Positions 9,787-18,936 of a stretch of DNA of 64,000 bases are shown here, piece by piece. The stretch lies in assembly GCA_038227875.1 (NCBI GenBank), contig JBBRPR010000019.1, positions 79,807 through 143,806 on the forward strand, read 5' to 3'. Origin of the DNA: Planctomycetota bacterium (GTDB lineage Bacteria > Planctomycetota > SZUA-567 > H5-PLA8). Every line of letters begins with the position of its first letter. The first letter of the stretch is position 1. Below the pieces are notes generated by a model. It made no database searches and was not told where the DNA came from. It saw only the letters and a program-made list of their open reading frames with translations. Made by a program: the position numbers and the translations under genes.

Positions 9787-11898
9787 TCAGGCCGTCGCAA
9801 TCGAATCCCGGACCGCGGCAAAAGTAGCCGGCGCGGAGTCCGTGGTCACGATGCGGAATTGATTCGGCGCGGAGCGGAGCCTGAAAATCGCACCGGCGAG
9901 CGCGTATTCGCGCTGCACTTCGGCGGCTTCGCGGCGCTCTTTGCGCGAGTTCACGGGATTGATGATCGTCAGCGGCCGCGGTGCCAGACAGGCGGCCACG
10001 TGCGGCAGGTCGAAGTCTCTCAAGCAACCCGGCAGATAGATGGAGAAGTGATGGTTGTGCCGGCGACGTTCGGTGAGGCTTTTGTACGCGTCAAGGCTGC
10101 GCAACATCACGCACTGGGCGACGCTGGTGTCGATCGCGGCGGCGTAAAGGCCCCACAATCCGCCGCGCCCGACGCCGACGATGGAGATCTTGTCTTTCTG
10201 CACGTCCCAACGGCTGCGCAAATATTCGAGCGCACGAAGAACCGTGAAGGTCCGCAATCCGAATAGGCTCTGTCCGGCGTTGAGCGCCCGGCGGCTCCAT
10301 TGAGATTCCGGACCGCAGAGTAGTGTCTCGTAAGCGTCGTGGTCTTCGGCCTTCGGTTGCATGCGCGTTTCGCCGACGCCGCAGACATCGATGGCCATCA
10401 CGTGGCAACCCGCCGCGGCAAAGCCGCTCATCCACGCCGACTGGGAGGAGACGCCGGCTGTGCCGCGTTCGTGGAGAATCAGCACCGCCGGGGCGACTTT
10501 GTGCGAGCCTGGCGTGTCGGCGCTTTCCGGCAGCGCGAAGAAGCTGTACGGCGCGTAGAGCTTCTCGTCCATGATCAAGCGGCCCTTCTCGACGGCATAG
10601 CCCCAATCGCTGGAGCGGCTTTCGAGTTCGCCTTTGATCGGCGTCAGCGGTTCCGGAAGGCGGAGGTGCGGGCGGAAACTATCGCGAACGTCGTTCTGCA
10701 ATTTGATCGCGCCATCGGCATCTTTGGGCACGGCCTTGGAGGGTGGAAGTTCCTGCGCCAGACCTTTCTGATAGTCGAAGAGGCTCAGCGCATTGAGCGA
10801 GTTGCTGACCTGACCGGTTTCGGTGCAGTAGAGCGACTCCGGCGCCTCCGGCGGCGTCTCCGGTTCGCGCGCGCGGGAATCGGGAAGGCGGAAGGCGCGC
10901 GCAAAATGTTCGGCGGCGCGGGAACGGATCAGCTTCAAATATCCAGCCGGGCCGTCGGCTTCGAAGGGAATCAGGTGTTCCGCCGCGTTGAGCAGACCGT
11001 AGAAGCGGATGAGTTCCTCGGTGCGCGCGTGGCTGCCGCCGCGAAAACGGTCCTGCGTGCAGTTGGTGATCAGCAGCGGCTTGGGCGCGAAGGGCAGCAG
11101 CATGTCCTGCGCCGCGACGCCGTAGGCCAGCGCGCTGAAGTGGACGTGGTCTTCGTCGCCACCTTCCAGGTATTCCGCTTCGTAATGGTCAGCGACTGTC
11201 GCGGCCGCCTGGATGCGCGGCTCGACACAGCATAGCACGCGGGCGACCAGCGCACTGCCGCCACACCCGATCACGCCCAATCGCAAGGGATCGGCGTCGC
11301 CGCGGGCGGAGATCAGATCGAGTCCGCGGATGACGTCCCACGCCATCAGGTTGACGAGATTCCCTCCGCTCAGGAGCAGCAGGTTTCCCAGCAGCGCGTG
11401 TTCTGCGGCGACGAGCTTTCCGGCCAGCGAACGGCGCAGCGTGGAGTCGTAAAACTCCAGGCGTTCGCCTTGTCCGGGCAGATCGATGATCAGCGTGGCG
11501 ATGCCGCGGCGAGCGAAGAGCTGGCCGAGGCGCTGGCACTCCGCGTGGCCTTTACCCTGCGTGTTGAGCGCCGGTAGCGCAACGACGGCGGGGAACGGTG
11601 ACGCGCCATCTTCCGGAACGTAAAAATTCGCGGTGGTGATTACGCCCGGCAGGCTTTCGTACGTCAGCACTTCGACGCGGTAGCCTTCGTGCGCGAACGT
11701 TTCGATCGGTTTGACATTAAGCGGCGTGCGTTCGGGAAAAGCGCCGAGATGTTTGGCGCAGACTTCGCGCACCTGCGCCTGTCGCGTCTGCAGAGCTTGA
11801 GCCGTGGTGATCGCAGCCGCACGTTCGTTCCGCACGGCCATGAGCGCGGCGCCGACACCGGCGATGTAGTTCTCTGTCATTCCGCGACTGATGGCCAT
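9787..11898 (-). CDS. Tandem alpha/beta-hydrolase (acetylxylan esterase/Abhydrolase-7-like) protein
   Basis: LGAFPERTPLN, YESLPGVITTANFYVP, DLPGQGER, WDVIRGLDLI, PFAPKPLL, LYCTETGQV, DLPHVAACLAPRPL. Confidence 0.8.
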   Translation of the reverse strand: MAISRGMTENYIAGVGAALMAVRNERAAAITTAQALQTRQAQVREVCAKHLGAFPERTPLNVKPIETFAHEGYRVEVLTYESLPGVITTANFYVPEDGASPFPAVVALPALNTQGKGHAECQRLGQLFARRGIATLIIDLPGQGERLEFYDSTLRRSLAGKLVAAEHALLGNLLLLSGGNLVNLMAWDVIRGLDLISARGDADPLRLGVIGCGGSALVARVLCCVEPRIQAAATVADHYEAEYLEGGDEDHVHFSALAYGVAAQDMLLPFAPKPLLITNCTQDRFRGGSHARTEELIRFYGLLNAAEHLIPFEADGPAGYLKLIRSRAAEHFARAFRLPDSRAREPETPPEAPESLYCTETGQVSNSLNALSLFDYQKGLAQELPPSKAVPKDADGAIKLQNDVRDSFRPHLRLPEPLTPIKGELESRSSDWGYAVEKGRLIMDEKLYAPYSFFALPESADTPGSHKVAPAVLILHERGTAGVSSQSAWMSGFAAAGCHVMAIDVCGVGETRMQPKAEDHDAYETLLCGPESQWSRRALNAGQSLFGLRTFTVLRALEYLRSRWDVQKDKISIVGVGRGGLWGLYAAAIDTSVAQCVMLRSLDAYKSLTERRRHNHHFSIYLPGCLRDFDLPHVAACLAPRPLTIINPVNSRKERREAAEVQREYALAGAIFRLRSAPNQFRIVTTDSAPATFAAVRDSIATA

Positions 11899-11988
11899 GG
11901 CTTTGTCTCTTCAGGTCTGTGTAAGTTTGACGTTACAAGTAGCCCAAAACATTCAACAAATCTGAACGTACTGCCGTCACGTTGCAGG

Positions 11989-13401
11989 CTACAGTTTTAC
12001 CTTTTCACCGGGCTGTATGGTCTTCACTGGTGCACCGGTCAAACCTTCGCCGCACAACCCCCCGCTCGTGCCAATTTCGATCACGCAGTCGAGTGTTCCG
12101 TCCGGCTTGCGTGGTACTTTCGTCCCCGCCGCGCTAAGCCAGCGCGCGTACTCTTCCATCAGATCGCGGCGCGCCGTATGCGGAGAATCTTCGCCTTCGG
12201 CATTTTTCACCGGACTGAAATCATCCTCGCGCGCCGTCTCCATACTGACTGTCGCATTTGCCTGCGATAGCGCGTCGAACACAAACGTCTCAAATTTGAT
12301 GCCGTTCTTCTCGCCGGCTTTTAGTTGCACCGGTTTCCCGTCGGCGCCGATGGCGGGCACGGCTTTTTCCGCTTTATGGTACGGCAGTTGGAAACCGCCT
12401 TTGTTCAGGCGTTCAATGAACGCCGTGTTGAGCACATGAATGGCGATGCTGCCGGCCCACCATTTTAATTGCCCGCTTGAATCGGTTTCCTTCGCCAGAG
12501 TTTCCGGCAGGTCGGAATATTCGATGACATTCAGCTTGCCATCGGAGAGACCCAGCACGCCGACTTTCTCTTTCCAGTCGCGCTTGCGGACGACCTTGGA
12601 GGACATCTCGGCATTGGCTTGGACGTGGTAGCCGACGAACGTCGGGTCGCCGATCTTCGTCAGCACGTTGTCGACCTGGAAGTAGAAGAGCGTGTCGACG
12701 CCCGTGTTCTTCAGCCACGCGATCGAGCCGGAATCCCAGAGCGCCTTGATCGAGCCGCCGTGCCCGTTGGGGCTGAGCGCGATTTCGCCGGGCGCCTGGA
12801 GGAGGATCTTTCCCTCTTTACTCACCGCCGGCATGTTCGCCTGCTTGAAGATGCGGACGGAATCCTGGCCGAGTCCGAAATAATTGTGCTTGGCGAAGAA
12901 CGTCTTGGTTTCGGCGTCGTTAGCGTCGGAGGTCATCACCAGCCACGGCACGGACGCATTATACTTTTTGCGCAGCACCTGAATTTTCTGCGCATGGACT
13001 TCGAACAAAGTCCGGTTGGAGACTGGCCCGATTTCGAACGCGCCCTTCGGGCCTTGCAGGCCGAGCCGGGTCCCCTGCCCTCCCGCGACGAGGAACGTCG
13101 CGACGCGGCCGGAACGGAAGGCCGCTTCGCCGGAAGCGCGCGCGGCGGCGGCCGTTTGCTTTTCGGCCGGCGACTTCGGCAGCGCGATCACGGGCGCGGG
13201 TTCGAGCTTCGCGGCGACGGGCGCTGCTTTGCCTTTCACGAATTCAGCGATGAGCTTGTCGACGACATCGAATTCGATGAGCGCAACCTGGTCGAGAAGT
13301 TTCTGTTGCTGGGCTGCATCGAGCTTATCGTAGAAATCGAAGAGATGGCCTTGGTGGTGGGCTGCTGCTTTTTCTTTGAGTTTCTTCGGGTCGTGCATCA
13401 T
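11989..13401 (-). CDS. UDP-N-acetylglucosamine/UTP-sugar-1-phosphate uridylyltransferase (UDPGP type 1, eukaryote-like UAP)
   Basis: LVAGGQGTRLG..GPKG, SPNGHGG, FQVDN, EKVGV, IEYSD, KFETFVFD, FSPVKN. Confidence 0.93.
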   Translation of the reverse strand: MMHDPKKLKEKAAAHHQGHLFDFYDKLDAAQQQKLLDQVALIEFDVVDKLIAEFVKGKAAPVAAKLEPAPVIALPKSPAEKQTAAAARASGEAAFRSGRVATFLVAGGQGTRLGLQGPKGAFEIGPVSNRTLFEVHAQKIQVLRKKYNASVPWLVMTSDANDAETKTFFAKHNYFGLGQDSVRIFKQANMPAVSKEGKILLQAPGEIALSPNGHGGSIKALWDSGSIAWLKNTGVDTLFYFQVDNVLTKIGDPTFVGYHVQANAEMSSKVVRKRDWKEKVGVLGLSDGKLNVIEYSDLPETLAKETDSSGQLKWWAGSIAIHVLNTAFIERLNKGGFQLPYHKAEKAVPAIGADGKPVQLKAGEKNGIKFETFVFDALSQANATVSMETAREDDFSPVKNAEGEDSPHTARRDLMEEYARWLSAAGTKVPRKPDGTLDCVIEIGTSGGLCGEGLTGAPVKTIQPGEKVKL

Positions 13402-13466
13402 CGTCTCCTCTGGAATTTCAACACGACGACAACTGCCATCAAGGTGCCGAGATTTGAACAGTTTGT

Positions 13467-13492
13467 ACCCTGGTACAATTTTGTACCAGGGT
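13467..13492. promoter_or_regulatory. Perfect 12-bp inverted repeat (operator-like or hairpin)
   Basis: ACCCTGGTACAA-TT-TTGTACCAGGGT between fabI and the pyrophosphorylase gene. Confidence 0.5.
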
Positions 13493-13550
13493 CCCCCTCG
13501 CGCGTTTAAAACTTGCTCTCGGCCCGGCGCTCAGTCCTCAGTCCTTCCGT

Positions 13551-14465
13551 TCACGCCTCCGCTTTCTTCTCCGCTTCCAACCACTCCACGCCCATCCCCA
13601 TGCTGTGGTAGCCGTGGTCGACGTAGACGATCGTGCCCGTGATGCCGGCGGCGAGATTCGAGGCGAGGAAGGCCGCGGTGTGGCCGACTTTTTCGCCGCT
13701 CATCACATCCGGGATCGGGGAGTTCTTGCGGTAGTAGTCGACCATGGCGTCGATGGTGCCGATGGCCTTGGCCGCGCGCGTGGGCATCGGACCGGCGCTG
13801 ATGCAATTGACGCGCGCGCCGTACTTGCGGCCCGCTTCGTAGGCGAGCACTCGCGTGTCGCTTTCCAGCGCCGCCTTGGCGGAGCTCATCCCGCCACCGT
13901 ACTTCGGGATCACCGATTCGGAGGCAAGATACGTCAGGCAGACGAATGAACCGTTGGGCCGCAGCAGCGGAGCGAAGCGCTGGATCATCGAAACGTACGA
14001 GTAGGCGCTGGCGCTGACAGCGGCCAAGTAGCCTTTGCGGCTGGTTTCCAGCAGCGGCTTTTTCACTTCCGGTCCGTTGGCGAGACTGTGGACGACGATG
14101 TCGAGGGGCTTCTCGCCGAAGTCGGCGCGGATCTTGTCGGCGCATTCCTGGACGGTGTAGCCGCTGAGTTCCTTGTAGCGCTTGTCGTCGCGGATTTCCG
14201 GCGGAACGTCTTCGGCCGTGTCGTAGACGGCGTCGAAGGGATAGACCTTTTCGATGCTGAACTTGCCATCGGCGTAGTGCGTGGACTCCTCAAACTTTCC
14301 GCGCTCGAGGCTCTTGGTGAACAGCGTCATCACCGGCGGCCACGTGCCCACGCAGACGGACGCGCCGGCCTGGTGCATGGCCTTAGCGATCGCCCAGCCG
14401 TAGCCGTCGTCGTCGCCCACGCCGCCCACGAATACCCGCTTACCCTTCAAGTCGATCGGAAGCAT
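13551..14465 (-). CDS. fabI: Enoyl-[acyl-carrier-protein] reductase, plant/chlamydial type
   Basis: MLPIDLKGKRVFVGGVGDDDGYGWAIAK, VHSLANGPEVKKPLLETSRKGYLAA, YGGGMSSAKAALESDTRVLA, SAGP..RAAKAIG. RBS GAGG before ATG 14465. Confidence 0.95.
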   Translation of the reverse strand: MLPIDLKGKRVFVGGVGDDDGYGWAIAKAMHQAGASVCVGTWPPVMTLFTKSLERGKFEESTHYADGKFSIEKVYPFDAVYDTAEDVPPEIRDDKRYKELSGYTVQECADKIRADFGEKPLDIVVHSLANGPEVKKPLLETSRKGYLAAVSASAYSYVSMIQRFAPLLRPNGSFVCLTYLASESVIPKYGGGMSSAKAALESDTRVLAYEAGRKYGARVNCISAGPMPTRAAKAIGTIDAMVDYYRKNSPIPDVMSGEKVGHTAAFLASNLAAGITGTIVYVDHGYHSMGMGVEWLEAEKKAEA

Positions 14466-14585
14466 CGTTTCAGTTCCTCGAGTCCAGACTCTACCCATGA
14501 AATTCGTTTCACGGTTTAGTGTAGAGATTGAAAGACGGTTGTGAAGAAAAGATTACTATTGGAATTTCGGACGGGTTTTTAGTCT

Positions 14586-14664
14586 CGCGCAAAGACGCAA
14601 AGTCGCAAAGAACAGCTTGGAGTTGACGTCGCTCGTGATGAATCCCAACTCAAAACTCAAAACT
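14586..14664. repeat. Short octamer and heptamer tandem repeats
   Basis: CGCAAAGACGCAAAGTCGCAAAG near 14588-14610 and CAACTCAAAACTCAAAACT near 14646-14664. Confidence 0.6.
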
Positions 14665-14677
14665 GCCTCAAGCGGCT

Positions 14678-15895
14678 TCACGCCAGTACGCACAGCAGTT
14701 CACGCTGCGGCGAGCCGCCGGTCACGCGGGCTTCCCTTTCGCCGACGTACATATCGATCTCGCTGCGTACGCCGAATCGACCTTCCAGGTAAATGCCGGG
14801 CTCGATGGAAAACAGCGTGCGCGGAATCAGCAGGCGCGAATCCTCCGTCTCCAGGTTGTCGATGTTCGCGCCGTTGCCGTGGATTTCCGTCTGGATGCTG
14901 TGCCCGGTGCGATGGATGAAATGCTCGCCGTAACCCGCCTTCACGATCACGCCGCGACTGACGTCGTCGACCTGCGCGCCGCTGATCGGACGCCCCGCAC
15001 GCACGGCGTCGATCACGAACTGCGCGGCGGCATCGCGAGCATCGCGAACGATGTTGAAGACGCGCGTCATCTCGTCCGGCGCTTGTTTGCCGACAAAACC
15101 GGTCCAGGTGATGTCAGCATAGATCGACGCGGGTTCCATCAGCTTCGCCCACAGATCGATCAGTACGAAATCGCCTTCCTTGATCGGCGCGTTGAGATCG
15201 ATGGTCGGCTCGTAATGTGGCGATGCGGCGTTGCCGTTGACGCCGACAATCGGCGCGTCGTGCGTGACCATGCCGCGGTCGGCGAAGGCGTTCATGATGT
15301 TGCGCTGGATGTCGTACTCCGTGGTCGGCATGCGATTTTTCAGGCGGCGGCCGACTTCATCGAAAGCGTTCTGGACGATTTCATAGAGGTACTTCGCCGC
15401 CGTCTCGTGCGATGCAAGCTGTTCGTCGCTGACCGTCGATTCGAAGGTGGCTACGAGCGTTGCCGAGGTCACGACCTCCACGCCGAACGAGCGGATGAGC
15501 TCAATGGTGCCCGCGTCGACGCGCGAGACATACGGAATCGCGCCGTTGGGCGAATACTGCATCGCCACGCGCGGCGCGCGTCCGGGCGCGAGCGCCAGCA
15601 GTTCATCTTTGATGAAGCCGTGCAGCTGCTTCCACGGCAGGTAGATCAACTTGCGGCCCGGCAGGTGCGCCAGCGTGTCGCGTTCGATCGAATGGACAAT
15701 CTTGACCGGCTCGCCGGTTTGCGGAATCAGGTAGAGCCAGCGGCGCGTCGCCATCGGCCCACCCGGCGCCATCTCCAGAATCTCGCCAGCAATCGGATCG
15801 TTACCGCGAAAGCTGTAAAACAGCCAGCCGTCGATATTGGCTTCTTTGAGTGCGCTTTGAATTTCAGCGATGCGAACCATGAGACCTCGATTCAT
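14678..15895 (-). CDS. M24 family metallopeptidase (aminopeptidase P-like)
   Basis: PHY, LIDLWAK, YADITW, FIHRTGHSI, FSIEPGIY, GVRSE. The start may instead be ATG 15880. Confidence 0.92.
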   Translation of the reverse strand: MNRGLMVRIAEIQSALKEANIDGWLFYSFRGNDPIAGEILEMAPGGPMATRRWLYLIPQTGEPVKIVHSIERDTLAHLPGRKLIYLPWKQLHGFIKDELLALAPGRAPRVAMQYSPNGAIPYVSRVDAGTIELIRSFGVEVVTSATLVATFESTVSDEQLASHETAAKYLYEIVQNAFDEVGRRLKNRMPTTEYDIQRNIMNAFADRGMVTHDAPIVGVNGNAASPHYEPTIDLNAPIKEGDFVLIDLWAKLMEPASIYADITWTGFVGKQAPDEMTRVFNIVRDARDAAAQFVIDAVRAGRPISGAQVDDVSRGVIVKAGYGEHFIHRTGHSIQTEIHGNGANIDNLETEDSRLLIPRTLFSIEPGIYLEGRFGVRSEIDMYVGEREARVTGGSPQRELLCVLA

Positions 15896-15913
15896 GAGCG
15901 GAGGTTACGCACT

Positions 15914-15996
15914 GGCAATTTTGAATTTTGAATTCTTAATTCTGAATTAGATTTACCTTCGCATTCCTAATTAAAAATTAAGAATTCAAAATTGCC
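15914..15996. repeat. AT-rich inverted repeat built of heptamers
   Basis: GGCAATTTTGAATTTTGAATTCTTAATTCTGAATTAG ... CTAATTAAAAATTAAGAATTCAAAATTGCC. Confidence 0.8.
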
Positions 15997-15998
15997 GT

Positions 15999-17753
15999 TC
16001 ATCCGCCGCTCCCGAACTTCTCGCCGCCCGGCAGATCTTCGCCGAGGCGGCTGCGCAGGAATTCCAGGATCGATGCGGTGTCGGTCATGCCCATCACCTT
16101 TTCAGCGACTTCCTTGCAGCGGTCGTAACGAACGTTGCGGATGATCTTTTTGATTTCCGGAATCGACGGCGGCGAAATCGAAATCTCCGTCAGTCCCATG
16201 CCCAGGAGAAGGGACGTGAAAATCGGATCGCCTGCCATTTCTCCGCACATGCTCACGGAGATGTTCGCCTTCTGCGCGCACTCAACGGTATATTTGATCA
16301 GCGACAACACCGCAGGATTGGCCGGGCTGTAAAGATTTGCAATCAGCTCATTGCCTCGGTCCACGGCCAGCGTGTATTGAGTCAAGTCATTGGTGCCGAT
16401 CGAAAAGAAGCTGCACTCCTTGGCCAGCGTATGTGCCTGCAACGCCGCTGAGGGCACTTCAACCATGATGCCGATGTCGATGTTCTTGTCGAAGGCCTGG
16501 TGTTCGCGTTCCAGATCGGCTTTCGTTTCTTCAACGATGCGTTTGACCCAGCGCAGTTCTTCCACCGCGGTGATCATCGGCACCATCATGCGCACTTTGC
16601 CGATCGCCGACGCGCGCAGAATCGCGCGGACCTGCGTGCGGAAGGTTTCCGGGTACTTCATCGAGACACGGATGCTGCGCAGCCCCAGGAACGGATTGCG
16701 TTCATGCAGCGCGTGGTTCGGGTCGATCTTATCGGCGCCCAGATCCATTGTGCGGATCACCAGCGTCCGTCCTTGCAGCATCGAGATGCTCTTACGGTAC
16801 GCGTCGAAGTGCACGTTCTCGTCGGGAATGATGCCGCTGGTCAGGTAGAGGAATTCCGTGCGGAACAGGCCGATGCCGCCCGCGCCGTGCGTCACGGCGT
16901 TCTGGACTTCGTCGGGCAGTTCGATGTTCGCAAGGACTTTGATCTCGCGGCCATCGGTGGTAACGGCGGGCTGGTCCTTTTCCTTCAGCAGCGACTGTTC
17001 GAACGTCTGGAATTCCAATTGCAGCTTGCGGTAGCGGGCCAGCGTCCGTTCGTCGGGGCGCAGGATCACGATGCCGCGGTTGCCGTCGATGATGATCGTT
17101 TCGCCGCCGGAAATATCCGTCGAGATCGACTCCAGTCCCACCACCGCCGGCATTTCATACGCGCGCGCGAGAATCGCCGTGTGACTGGTGCGCCCGCCCA
17201 CATCGATCGCGAAGGCCTTTACTTTCGTGCGATCCAGCGACGCCGCCTGCGACGGTCCCAGATCGTGCGCCACCAGCGCGACGGGACGTTCGAGATGCTT
17301 CAAGTCTTCGCGGCGTTCGCCGAGCAGCACCTTCAGGAGCCGCTTCTGCAGATCGTTGATGTCCGAACCGCGGTGCGCGAAAATCTGATCGCCGTATCCA
17401 GCCAGGCGTTTGGCGAAGTTCTTCAGCGTGACGGAAACAGCGTGCTCCGCAGAGTGTTTGTCGTTGCGGATCTTGTCCGTGATCTGCTTGCGCAGCGTCG
17501 CGTCTTTCAGCAACTGCATCTGCACCGTCAGAATCGCGCTCAGGGTGGGACCAAGCTGTTCTTCAGTCTGCCGGCGGATGGTATCGATCTCTTCCAAAAC
17601 CTTGTCGGCCGCGAGCTCGAACCGTTTCACCTCATCTTCTGTAAGCTCATTGAGAACATACAGTTCCGGGATGCGAGCCTCCTCACTTTCCTGGAGGAAA
17701 GCCTCGCCGATGTAGACACCGGGGGAGACAGGTATGCCTTTCAGAATTTCCAT
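15999..17753 (-). CDS. ptsI: Phosphoenolpyruvate-protein phosphotransferase (PTS enzyme I)
   Basis: GGRTSHTAILAR (phospho-His), GIGLFRTEFLYL, ERNPFLGLRSIR, FSIGTNDLTQYTLAVDR, MCGEMAG. Confidence 0.97.
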   Translation of the reverse strand: MEILKGIPVSPGVYIGEAFLQESEEARIPELYVLNELTEDEVKRFELAADKVLEEIDTIRRQTEEQLGPTLSAILTVQMQLLKDATLRKQITDKIRNDKHSAEHAVSVTLKNFAKRLAGYGDQIFAHRGSDINDLQKRLLKVLLGERREDLKHLERPVALVAHDLGPSQAASLDRTKVKAFAIDVGGRTSHTAILARAYEMPAVVGLESISTDISGGETIIIDGNRGIVILRPDERTLARYRKLQLEFQTFEQSLLKEKDQPAVTTDGREIKVLANIELPDEVQNAVTHGAGGIGLFRTEFLYLTSGIIPDENVHFDAYRKSISMLQGRTLVIRTMDLGADKIDPNHALHERNPFLGLRSIRVSMKYPETFRTQVRAILRASAIGKVRMMVPMITAVEELRWVKRIVEETKADLEREHQAFDKNIDIGIMVEVPSAALQAHTLAKECSFFSIGTNDLTQYTLAVDRGNELIANLYSPANPAVLSLIKYTVECAQKANISVSMCGEMAGDPIFTSLLLGMGLTEISISPPSIPEIKKIIRNVRYDRCKEVAEKVMGMTDTASILEFLRSRLGEDLPGGEKFGSGG

Positions 17754-17802
17754 AGCGCACGTATTAAAAGCGACTTAGCGGGAAACACAAGTGGATTGGC
17801 CG

Positions 17803-18801
17803 TTACGCCTTCTGCGGTGCTGGCGGTGGTGGCGGCGCGGCCCCGGCTTGCGAGGACGATGGAGATGGCGCCGGCGCGGGCGCCGACGAAGCGGCTGCCG
17901 CTGCGGCGGCACTCGAGGCCTGGCCGGCGTGTGTCGTGATGCTGGTTTTCAGGCCAGAACCTTCGCCGCGACTCTCGTCGAATTCCTTGTCGAGGTCCGG
18001 TGCGCGAATGCCGGGCATATCCTGCGTTTCGATCTGCTCTTCGATGTCTTCGATCAGGCGGATGCTCTGCCGCGCTTTGCGATCCAGCGTGACCACCGCG
18101 TCGATGGCCATTTCTTCAATGTCACGGGCGACGTCGCTGGCCTTGCCGCGCAGGTAAAAGTAGAAAATCGCCAGCGGAATCGAGACCAGCAACCCGAAGG
18201 CCAGCGGCACCAGCGCGCGGGCGCCGCCGTTGGCCAGCGCTGCGTAACGGCCGGCTTCCATCGCACCGGTTTCGTCCAGCGCGCGGATCAGTCCCACGCA
18301 CAGACCGAACAGCCCCAGCAGCGGCGTCACGAGGCTCAGCACGCCGATGGGCCGCGAGTTGCGGCGCAGATCGTAGACGACGCGGCGGCCTTCATCGAGA
18401 ATCGCGGCTTCCATTTCCTGGCGCGCGGAGCCGTGCCGCAGCAGCGCGGCGTAGAGCACGCGGCTGAGCGACGACGACTTTTCCAGACACAGCGCGAGCG
18501 CCGCGTCCACACCGCGCATGTCGACGACCTTCACCACGTCTTTATGAAAATTCTTCGGCAGATGCCGCGCGCGGCGCAGGTTGTAGAGACGTTCGACGAT
18601 CATCACCAGCCCGATGATCGCAGAGGCGAGGATCGGCCACATCATCCAGCCGCCCAGTTCGAAGATTGCACTGGCCGTGGGCGAATCGCCGATGACGCGA
18701 AATAGGTCTGGCGGTAATGGCTCATCGGCCCACGCGGCGTTGAAACTCAGTCCGCACGCGAGTAACAGTGCTGGTAATAAAAGTGAGCGTCGCAAATTCA
18801 T
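17803..18801 (-). CDS. MotA/TolQ/ExbB proton-channel family protein (divergent)
   Basis: Signal peptide, GGWMMWPILASAIIGLVMIVER, PLLGLFG, ALVPLAFGLLVSIPLAIFYFYL, then an acidic and Ala/Pro-rich tail. Confidence 0.85.
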   Translation of the reverse strand: MNLRRSLLLPALLLACGLSFNAAWADEPLPPDLFRVIGDSPTASAIFELGGWMMWPILASAIIGLVMIVERLYNLRRARHLPKNFHKDVVKVVDMRGVDAALALCLEKSSSLSRVLYAALLRHGSARQEMEAAILDEGRRVVYDLRRNSRPIGVLSLVTPLLGLFGLCVGLIRALDETGAMEAGRYAALANGGARALVPLAFGLLVSIPLAIFYFYLRGKASDVARDIEEMAIDAVVTLDRKARQSIRLIEDIEEQIETQDMPGIRAPDLDKEFDESRGEGSGLKTSITTHAGQASSAAAAAAASSAPAPAPSPSSSQAGAAPPPPPAPQKA

Positions 18802-18936
18802 GTTCTTTCATGATAAGGACTTAAATTCGAACTTCCACACAAAAGGCCACTGGAAAACCAGTCGGCCTTTCCGTGCGCTTTGCTGCACATACACCGCATA
18901 TTGACCCAAGGATTCTTATAATTGTAGGATTGAAGA

